This document shows, one piece after another, positions 46,698 to 54,444 of a DNA stretch of 56,566 nt. Origin of the DNA: Eubacterium sp. (GTDB lineage: Bacteria; Bacillota; Clostridia; Lachnospirales; Lachnospiraceae); contig JAIKWQ010000052.1 of the NCBI GenBank assembly GCA_024684535.1, forward strand, positions 1-56,566. The letters are read 5' to 3'. Under the pieces are notes generated by a model. That model did not search any database. It saw nothing but the letters and a program-made list of their open reading frames with translations, and was not told the DNA's origin. The stretch's first letter is position 1, and each line of letters begins with the position of its first letter. A program made the translations under genes and the position numbers.

Positions 46698-48485
46698 ATG
46701 AAAAAGAAAAATATAACGAAAAAAATTATTCCTGCTACCGTGCTTGCTCTCGCACTTGTTATCGGGGGCGTCGGCATAGCAGGATGCGAAAACGATACTA
46801 CAAAAGCAGAGGCGGCGGAGCAGCCACCGGGAGCTCCTCCGGACGGTGGTGGAGCTCCTCCGGATGGTGGCGGAGGACCGGGCGGACAACAATCTACCCC
46901 GGAATGGAGCGCAGCAAATACAATCTCTGATTCAAATACTTATACCGACACATCGTACTCATCGACAACGGCCGGCGAAAACGCACTGATGATTAAAGGT
47001 GACAGCGCATCACCTACTCTCACGGGAACCACTGCCACAAAAACAGGCGAGGGAGTAAACGGTGACGGCGCAAGCTTCTACGGGACAAACTCAGCAATCA
47101 TCGTCAAAGACGGCGCGGTTGCAACCATAGATAATGCCACTATAACAACTGACTCCGAGGGCGCAAACGGAGTATTCTCATACGGAGGAAACGGCGGTCA
47201 AAATGGCGCTTCAGGCGACGGCACTACAGTCAATATCTCCAACTCAACGATCACCACAACAAAGGGCGGCTCAGGCGGAATCATGACAACCGGCGGTGGC
47301 ATCACAAATGCGACAAACCTGACAGTTACAACCTCAGGACAGTCTTCAGCAGCGATCAGAACAGACAGAGGCGGCGGAACCGTAAACGTAAACGGTGGAA
47401 CCTACACAACAAACGGACTCGGCTCACCCGCCATCTACTCGACAGCAGCTGTCAGCGTGAGCGACGCAACGCTTATATCAAATAAATCCGAAGGTGTATG
47501 TATAGAGGGAACAAACTCCGTCAACCTCAAAAACTGCGATCTCACCGCAACCAATACTGAGAAAAACGGCAACGCACAATACTTGGATTCCATAATGATT
47601 TACCAGTCAATGTCAGGCGATGCCTCAGGTACGGATTCATCATTTACGATGACAGACGGAACACTTAATTCAAAAAGCGGACACGTATTCCACGTGACAA
47701 ATACATCTGCTGAGATAAATTTAAACAGTGTATCAATCAATAATACCGACACCGACAATGTACTTTTATCAGTTGTAAATGACGGTTGGAGTGGCGCTGA
47801 AAATAAAGCAACTCTCAATGCGACTTCACAGACGCTCAGTGGCAAAATAATAGTAAGTAACACAGCTTCCTCAGCCAGCAGCTCGAAGTCAACACTGAAC
47901 TTAAACATCGATAACAATTCGTCTTTCGAGGGATCAATCGGCGACGAAAACAGCTCAGGCTCAGCGCTTGGAACTGTAAATGTAAAACTTGACGGAAGCT
48001 GGAAACTGACAGGTGATTCCTATGTGACATCAATAGACGGAAGCGGAATTATCGACTACAACGGTTATGCGCTCTATGTGAACGGAACAGCATATACATC
48101 AGGAACTCCGGGCGGAAGTATAACGGAAGGAGATGCAGCTCCTTCGTCAAGTGATGTTGATGACGGATCCGATGACGCGACTGATGACACAGCTACCGTC
48201 ACCGTCGGAAAAGTAAACACAGTCAAAGTTACACGCAGCAAAAACAAGAAAAAAATGACTGTAAAAGCATCCGCCGTAACAGATGCCGAAGGATACCAGA
48301 TAGCGTACTCAACATCGAAGAAATTCACTTCAAAAACAACAAAAAAAGTGACCACTTCGTCCACCAAAAAGACGATCAAATCACTTAAAAAGAAAAAGAC
48401 GTATTATGTGAAGGTGCGTGCTTATATCAAAAACGGAAGTACAAAAACTTACGGAAAATGGTCAACAGTGAAAAAGGTAAAATGA
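46698..48485 (+). CDS. secreted lipoprotein with G/T/S/N-rich beta-helix and C-terminal FN3-like domain
   Basis: Lipobox IAGC, GAPPDGG twice, beta-solenoid motifs (SAAIRTDRGGGTV, SPAIYST, WKLTGDSYVTS), and GYQIAYSTSKKF...YYVKVRAY. Confidence 0.8.
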   Translation: MKKKNITKKIIPATVLALALVIGGVGIAGCENDTTKAEAAEQPPGAPPDGGGAPPDGGGGPGGQQSTPEWSAANTISDSNTYTDTSYSSTTAGENALMIKGDSASPTLTGTTATKTGEGVNGDGASFYGTNSAIIVKDGAVATIDNATITTDSEGANGVFSYGGNGGQNGASGDGTTVNISNSTITTTKGGSGGIMTTGGGITNATNLTVTTSGQSSAAIRTDRGGGTVNVNGGTYTTNGLGSPAIYSTAAVSVSDATLISNKSEGVCIEGTNSVNLKNCDLTATNTEKNGNAQYLDSIMIYQSMSGDASGTDSSFTMTDGTLNSKSGHVFHVTNTSAEINLNSVSINNTDTDNVLLSVVNDGWSGAENKATLNATSQTLSGKIIVSNTASSASSSKSTLNLNIDNNSSFEGSIGDENSSGSALGTVNVKLDGSWKLTGDSYVTSIDGSGIIDYNGYALYVNGTAYTSGTPGGSITEGDAAPSSSDVDDGSDDATDDTATVTVGKVNTVKVTRSKNKKKMTVKASAVTDAEGYQIAYSTSKKFTSKTTKKVTTSSTKKTIKSLKKKKTYYVKVRAYIKNGSTKTYGKWSTVKKVK

Positions 48486-48520
48486 CTCCCTGTCTATAGA
48501 AGAATGAATGGAAAGGAAAT

Positions 48521-48543
48521 GAGGCCGGTCGAAGACCGGCCTC
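48521..48543. terminator. hairpin between convergent genes
   Basis: Perfect GAGGCCGGTC-GAA-GACCGGCCTC; ATTTCCTTT follows on the minus strand. Confidence 0.7.
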
Positions 48544-48553
48544 GAAATAATTA

Positions 48554-49387
48554 TCACAGACACTGCATCGCTTTATCTATCGTGCTTTGCTGATATCCCT
48601 CAGCAACCAGCTGCTCCTTGCTTTTACCATTTTTCAACGCCGTTATGACCTCAACAATTTCGTCCATTCCCTCTTCTCGGCCCTCGCGGATTTTCTCAAT
48701 ATCGTGCTGCATAGCCACGATATACTCACGTCGCCAGGCACCATTCATCTTCGCTTCTTTCACAGCCATATCAAGTCTCCTTACATAATCATCCTCAGAA
48801 GGTTTTCCCACCACATAGTCAAGAAACGCCTTCAATCTCTCATCTATGTCATCCGCCGTACCGACGGCATTCAGGATAATACTCTTCGTCCCGTCTTTAA
48901 GCCCTATATCCGTGTCTTCCTCACACCGATATGTAAATGTATACTTATGCAACCCGGCTTCAAAAAGATCAAACGGACAAATCAAAATCACATACGAATC
49001 ACTCAGCTTTTCATAATCAACACTCTTCTCAAGCAACTGAGTGTCTGCAATCGAAAGGTAATAACGAATTCTCTTGGGCAGGTTTCGCTTGTTAAGCATC
49101 TGCATCTCGACCGTAAAAGCCGGCCCCTCCCTGTCAATTGCAAAAACGTCAAATCTCACACCGTGAATATCTAAACCAATTTCAACGGTCTTCTGCGTTT
49201 GAACCTCAAGATGTGATATTTTCACATCCGGAAGAATCATCTGCACCAATTCCTTGAGCATCGATTCATCAAGCATAACCTTGCTAAAAATGAAATCATT
49301 GCCAATGCCGAGCGAAAGCCACTTCTTTTCTAAATCCTCGGTTTGATAATCGTTCAATAATATCTGATTGTCGTTATTCTTTTCCAT
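48554..49387 (-). CDS. Rpn family PD-(D/E)XK nuclease / putative transposase
   Basis: NDFIFSKVM, GVRFDV, VEMQ, KRIRYY, ICPFDLF and EGREEG. Confidence 0.88.
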   Translation of the reverse strand: MEKNNDNQILLNDYQTEDLEKKWLSLGIGNDFIFSKVMLDESMLKELVQMILPDVKISHLEVQTQKTVEIGLDIHGVRFDVFAIDREGPAFTVEMQMLNKRNLPKRIRYYLSIADTQLLEKSVDYEKLSDSYVILICPFDLFEAGLHKYTFTYRCEEDTDIGLKDGTKSIILNAVGTADDIDERLKAFLDYVVGKPSEDDYVRRLDMAVKEAKMNGAWRREYIVAMQHDIEKIREGREEGMDEIVEVITALKNGKSKEQLVAEGYQQSTIDKAMQCL

Positions 49388-49569
49388 ATACTACCTCCTA
49401 AATTTTAACATAAACTCAAACGCGATTCAACCCCCAAAAAATGAATAAATCAATTTTGATATACCATACCACCCTCCCTAAATTTTGTAAATTGTCACTT
49501 CTAACCAAAAATATTCCACCACTAATATACACCTTGCACAAATACCCTCAAAAACATGTCGTTCAGACG

Positions 49570-49613
49570 AAAAAATGGGCGTCACACGCCCAAAAACGGC
49601 CGTCTGACGCCCA
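49570..49613 (-). terminator. intrinsic terminator after purF
   Basis: TGGGCGTCA...TGACGCCCA inverted repeat flanked by A and T tracts. Confidence 0.6.
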
Positions 49614-49624
49614 GATTTTTTTTC

Positions 49625-51061
49625 TTATTTCCTCTCCGACAGCTTCGCCTCAAACCTGTCCTTTGATGTCACCTCAGGAACCGGCGTTGCATATTTGCCG
49701 GTAAAGCATGCATCACAGTAACCGCACCCTCCGATCAATTCGGACAGCGAATCTACCGGTAAAAATGCCAAAGAGTCGGCACCTATTATTTCTGCTATTT
49801 CTTCCACTGTATGGTGATTTGCAATCAGATTTTCAGTTGAATCTATATCCGTTCCGTAGTAGCAGGGATGTGTAAACGGCGGCGCCGAGATACGCATATG
49901 TATTTCTTTTGCGCCTGCATCTCTCAGAAGTTTCACAATATGTCCGCTGGTTGTTCCGCGAACTATAGAATCATCTACAAGTATAATTCTTTTTCCTTCA
50001 ACAGTTGATTCGATTGGGTTTAATTTTATGCGAACCTGATTCACTCTTTCGGATTGTGTCGGCGCAATAAATGTTCTTCCTATATACTTGTTTTTTATCA
50101 GTCCGATGCCGTATGGAATTCCCGAACTGTATGCGTAACCAAGCGCCGCATCAAGCCCGGAATCAGGCACTCCTATCACGACATCCGCTATATCTTTTTC
50201 ATCATTTCTAGCGAGTATTTTTCCTGCGCGCATCCTGGCTTCGTGCACTGATATTCCATCTATTACCGAGTCAGGTCTTGCGAAATAAATATACTCAAAA
50301 ATACATGTTTTTTTATCCTTTTTTTGTATGTGCGCAGTGAGACTTTTTATTCCTTCTTTTGAGAACACCAAAACCTCACCCGGCTTCAAATCCCTGACGA
50401 ACTCTGCACCCGCTGCCTCAAGCGCACAACTCTCCGACGCAACTATATATTTTCCGTCCGCAGTCTGACCGTAGCACAGTGGTCTGAACCCATACGGATC
50501 TCTGACAGCGATCATCTTCGCAGCTGACATAAGAACGAGTGAAAACGCTCCCTCCAGACGCGGGATTGTAGCCAAAACCGCATCCTCTATGGACGGATGC
50601 GCCAAACGCTCGCGCGTTACCAGATACGCGATTATTTCCGTATCGGAAGTCGAGTGAAAAATAGCCCCTCCGAGCTCCAGCTCGCTTCGAAGAGCGTAAG
50701 CATTGCTTATATTTCCATTGTGCGCCAGGGCCATTTTTCCTTTTTGATGATTGACCTGCATCGGTTGACAATTGTTTCTGTCATCGCCTCCGGTCGTTGA
50801 GTAGCGCACGTGTCCGACGGCCATATTGCCTTGCGGCAATTTTTCCAGAGTTTCTTCATCAAAAACCGTATGAACCTCTCCCAGATCTTTGTGCGCGAAA
50901 AATACTCCGTCGTCGTTTACGACAATTCCGCAACTTTCCTGGCCTCTGTGCTGAAGCGCGTAGAGACCGTAGTAAACATCCTTTCCAACGGCATAAGGGG
51001 TGTTCGAAAACACCCCAAATACGCCACATTCTTCATGAATTTTTTCATTAATATTATTCAA
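49625..51061 (-). CDS. purF: amidophosphoribosyltransferase
   Basis: HEECGVFG propeptide with Ntn Cys, QHRGQE, GHVRYST, CIFEYIYFARPDS and VDDSIVRGTT. Confidence 0.95.
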   Translation of the reverse strand: MNNINEKIHEECGVFGVFSNTPYAVGKDVYYGLYALQHRGQESCGIVVNDDGVFFAHKDLGEVHTVFDEETLEKLPQGNMAVGHVRYSTTGGDDRNNCQPMQVNHQKGKMALAHNGNISNAYALRSELELGGAIFHSTSDTEIIAYLVTRERLAHPSIEDAVLATIPRLEGAFSLVLMSAAKMIAVRDPYGFRPLCYGQTADGKYIVASESCALEAAGAEFVRDLKPGEVLVFSKEGIKSLTAHIQKKDKKTCIFEYIYFARPDSVIDGISVHEARMRAGKILARNDEKDIADVVIGVPDSGLDAALGYAYSSGIPYGIGLIKNKYIGRTFIAPTQSERVNQVRIKLNPIESTVEGKRIILVDDSIVRGTTSGHIVKLLRDAGAKEIHMRISAPPFTHPCYYGTDIDSTENLIANHHTVEEIAEIIGADSLAFLPVDSLSELIGGCGYCDACFTGKYATPVPEVTSKDRFEAKLSERK

Positions 51062-51096
51062 AACATTCCTCCCGGCATAAGCCGATTTTTTATGCC

Positions 51097-52854
51097 TTAC
51101 TCTACATCCTGCAATGCTGCGAAGTCTTCCTCACCAGTTCTGATCTTAACAACTCTGCTTACAGGATATACGAATACTTTTCCGTCGCCGATCTTTCCGG
51201 TATAGAGTGTTTTCTTCGCTGTCTCGATAACACTTTCGACAGGAATTTTGCTGACAACTACCTCAAGCTTGATCTTCGGAAGGAGTGTCATATCCATCTC
51301 GACTCCACGATACATCTCGCCGGCGCCTTTCTGGATTCCGCAACCACTTACCTGGGTTACTGTGATACCCGTTACACCGAGTTCATTGAGAGATCGTTTC
51401 ATCTTGTCATACCGTGAAAGTTTCGTGATGATAACAACCTTATAAATTCCGGTATCAAGACTTGTTCCCGCGACGGTAGCTGCCTTGTTCTCAACAGGCA
51501 CAGACGCAGCTTTTTGCGCTTCACTTGCCTCTTCATAGTTTTCTGTTCCGAGACTTGTGTTTTCATTTGCACTCATTGATGAGTTCGATACATCCATGAT
51601 ACTGAAGCCTGAATAAGCTGATGCAAGACCATGCTCTGTCAAGTCCAGACCTTCTATTTCCTCTTCCTCTGAAACCCTCAGACCGAAGATTGCTTTTATT
51701 AACAAAAATACTATCGTCATAGTAACTGCGGTCCAACCGGCAACTGCCAGGCATCCAACTGTCTGTTTACCGAGAAGGTCGAATCCTCCTCCGTAGAAAA
51801 GACCTGAAAGTGTGTCATTACCCGGAGCAGTTGTTGTTGCAAAAAGTCCGGTTGCAATAGTACCCCAGATACCGTTCATCATATGAACTGCTACGGCACC
51901 TACAGGGTCGTCGATATGAAGCTTGTGATCGAGAAGCCATACACCGAATACTACCAGAAGTCCGGCTACAGCACCGATTACAATTGCACCCGTCGCATCC
52001 GTAACATCACACGGTGCGGTGATGGCGACAAGTCCTGCCAGCGATGCGTTCAAACACATCGAAACATCCGGCTTGCCATATCTGATCCAGGTGAAAATCA
52101 TACATACAACAGTTGCTACAGAAGGTGCAATAGTAGTTGTTACAAATACTGATGCCAACTGATCTGTAGATGTACAAGCTGCACCGTTGAATCCGTACCA
52201 ACCGAGCCACAGGATAAATACACCAAGTGCTCCTATGATCAGGTTGTGACCTGGGAAGGCATTGACCTTCGTAATCTTTCCTTCTTTATTCTTTTCAAAC
52301 TTACCTATTCGCGCTCCGACTATTTTTGCTCCGATAAGTGCTGATATACCACCTACCATATGGATTGCGCAAGATCCTGCAAAATCATGGAATCCCCACT
52401 GAGCAAGCCAGCCGTCACCCCAAATCCAGTGAGCCTCGATAGGATAAATCAATGCTGAAATAATTCCTGAATAAACACAGTAACTGAGGAACTTCGTTCT
52501 CTCTGCCATCGCTCCCGAAACGATGGTTGCTGTTGTTGCACAGAACACCAGGTTGAAAATGAAGTTTGACCAGTCAAAATTCTGGTAATTTGTAAAAATG
52601 TCAAATCCCGGCTTTCCAATAAATCCAAACAGGTCTTCGCCGAGAAGCAATCCAAATCCGATTACGATGAAAACCACGCATCCGATACAGAAGTCCATCA
52701 GGTTCTTCATCAGGATATTGCCCGCGTTCTTCGCTCTTGCAAATCCGGACTCGACCATTGCGAATCCTGCCTGCATCCAGAACACCAGCGCCGCTCCGAT
52801 CAAAAACCAGACTGCGAAGAGTTCACCACTTGCTTTCGATAATAATTCTTCCAT
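51097..52854 (-). CDS. amtB: ammonium transporter Amt fused to a C-terminal P-II domain
   Basis: MQAGFAMVESG, DFAGS..IH, WYGFNG and DDPVGAVAVH; P-II motifs GCGIQKG...YRG and TGKIGDGKVFV..V..VVKIRTGE. Confidence 0.92.
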   Translation of the reverse strand: MEELLSKASGELFAVWFLIGAALVFWMQAGFAMVESGFARAKNAGNILMKNLMDFCIGCVVFIVIGFGLLLGEDLFGFIGKPGFDIFTNYQNFDWSNFIFNLVFCATTATIVSGAMAERTKFLSYCVYSGIISALIYPIEAHWIWGDGWLAQWGFHDFAGSCAIHMVGGISALIGAKIVGARIGKFEKNKEGKITKVNAFPGHNLIIGALGVFILWLGWYGFNGAACTSTDQLASVFVTTTIAPSVATVVCMIFTWIRYGKPDVSMCLNASLAGLVAITAPCDVTDATGAIVIGAVAGLLVVFGVWLLDHKLHIDDPVGAVAVHMMNGIWGTIATGLFATTTAPGNDTLSGLFYGGGFDLLGKQTVGCLAVAGWTAVTMTIVFLLIKAIFGLRVSEEEEIEGLDLTEHGLASAYSGFSIMDVSNSSMSANENTSLGTENYEEASEAQKAASVPVENKAATVAGTSLDTGIYKVVIITKLSRYDKMKRSLNELGVTGITVTQVSGCGIQKGAGEMYRGVEMDMTLLPKIKLEVVVSKIPVESVIETAKKTLYTGKIGDGKVFVYPVSRVVKIRTGEEDFAALQDVE

Positions 52855-52906
52855 AAATCATTCCCCCAATCTTTTTTTTCTAAGGCAACTCCTTTTCTCT
52901 CGGCGC

Positions 52907-53009
52907 GAGTCCAACATGCACCTCGAATTCCTTCGGAATTCTCGTTGTATGTTGGACTCAACTGTATTCATATATATCAGTTTGTGTGCAAGCACACACT
53001 GATATATAT
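52907..53009 (-). other. two long stem-loops in the amt 5' leader
   Basis: GAGTCCAACAT...GAATTCC-TTC-GGAATTC...ATGTTGGACTC (52907-52959) and ATATATATCAGT...ACTGATATATAT (52970-53009). Confidence 0.65.
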
Positions 53010-53034
53010 TTCATCCAGTCTCGCGCCTTATCAC

Positions 53035-53078
53035 GCAAGAAAGGCGCCTCGGAAATAATTCCGAGACGCCATTGCCTC
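53035..53078 (-). terminator. leader attenuator: ANTAR-type hairpin overlapping a terminator-like stem
   Basis: GAGGC-AATGGC-GTCTC competes with GGCGTCTCGGAA-TTAT-TTCCGAGGCGCC, which is followed by TTTCTT. Confidence 0.72.
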
Positions 53079-53088
53079 AACACGTCGC

Positions 53089-53117
53089 ATATTATCATAT
53101 ATTTTTTTTCTTGTCAA
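53089..53117 (-). promoter_or_regulatory. sigma70 promoter of the amt-purF operon
   Basis: TTGACA, 17 bp, TG-a-TAATAT; same layout as the asnB promoter. Confidence 0.75.
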
Positions 53118-53146
53118 TACCTTTTTTCAAAATTTTTTGAAATATT

Positions 53147-54313
53147 TTATAATTGCTCCAAAATATATTTTTTCACGTTTTCAAGCTTGCTTTCTTTCCA
53201 CGCGCCCTTCTCGGCTTCTTCGGCAAAAGGACAGATGATTAGGAAATCAAGCGCCTCGCCCTCCACGCGTCCGCTTCTTTTGGGATTTGAAAAATGTTCC
53301 GCCCATGCGACTTCGTCTGCATCTTTGTATTTATCCGGATACAAAAATATCTGCTGTTTTTTGTTTGCTTCAACAAAAGCTTTTGCTGAAAGCGGTGCTA
53401 ATTTTTCATATTCTTCTGCAGGAACTTCCGTAAAAATAAGCGGTAAATCAGCGCTTACTACGCGCTCATTTTTCCTGTCGATTTCTATTCCCTGTGCCGT
53501 AAATTCGTAGGTTTCAGACGTGAGCGTCAAACTCAAAACAACGCCCTTTTCAGTGTTATATTGCGCCCGCTGATAGTTCGTATCAAATATAAAATTGCCG
53601 AGCGAATAAAAGATTGGTTTTCCGTTTACAATCTCATAATTCATCGGTACGTGCGGGTGATGACAAACGATGATATCGGCGCCCATATCGAGGTACTTCA
53701 GGTATTTATCCCTCGTGTACGGTGACGGAAGCGAAGTGAATTCTTCGCCGCCATGCGATATCAGGATGCACCAACGACACTTAGATTTAATCTCATCTAT
53801 CGTCTTTTGTATAGTATCGAAGTCGGCCCAGTTCAGGCATCCCGCCTTGTCAGGTCCCGCAGGCTTGCATCCTCTCTGGTACCCGACCGAAAAAAGTCCG
53901 ATACCTCCTGCCTCGTCAAGAATCACCGGAGTGGCGGCCGCGTCCAAATCCATCCCGACTCCAAGTGTTTTGATTCCGTTTTCTTCAGCTATTTTTAATG
54001 TGCTTTTCAGCCCGTCCGGCCCTGCATCCATGATATGGTTGTTGCACAGATTCCAGATATCGGCTCCAAGCGATTTCAAAAAATCCACTGAATCCGGATC
54101 AATCGTGTGCATCAGACGCATCTCTATAGCTGTCACGAGCTGCTTTTCTTCCTCACTTATGATAGCGCCCTCGACATTTGGTATCACGTGATCTGAATTA
54201 TGAAAAATGTCAAGAATGCTCTGCTCCACCAGCTCAGAATCGGTCCATTTTTCTGCCATATGATGATCGAAACCGATGTCACCGGTGAAGGTTAAGGTTG
54301 TTTTTTCTTTCAT
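53147..54313 (-). CDS. CapA-family metallophosphoesterase
   Basis: TGDI, NVEG, NNHIMD, HGGEE, HHPHV and YSLGNF motifs. Confidence 0.85.
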   Translation of the reverse strand: MKEKTTLTFTGDIGFDHHMAEKWTDSELVEQSILDIFHNSDHVIPNVEGAIISEEEKQLVTAIEMRLMHTIDPDSVDFLKSLGADIWNLCNNHIMDAGPDGLKSTLKIAEENGIKTLGVGMDLDAAATPVILDEAGGIGLFSVGYQRGCKPAGPDKAGCLNWADFDTIQKTIDEIKSKCRWCILISHGGEEFTSLPSPYTRDKYLKYLDMGADIIVCHHPHVPMNYEIVNGKPIFYSLGNFIFDTNYQRAQYNTEKGVVLSLTLTSETYEFTAQGIEIDRKNERVVSADLPLIFTEVPAEEYEKLAPLSAKAFVEANKKQQIFLYPDKYKDADEVAWAEHFSNPKRSGRVEGEALDFLIICPFAEEAEKGAWKESKLENVKKYILEQL

Positions 54314-54444
54314 TGTTTTCTCCAAATTATATACTTTATGAATGATGTTAAATAGATATAGAAGACCGCATCATTCCCACTGTGCTATCATAACAGGAAA
54401 CGAGGGAAAAATCAACAGGAACTAACAAAAGTCCAGGTTTACAA

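Noticed and set aside
48521-49560. Rpn gene as an IS element
   Set aside because: No terminal inverted repeats or target duplication were seen, and Rpn proteins are not established transposases.
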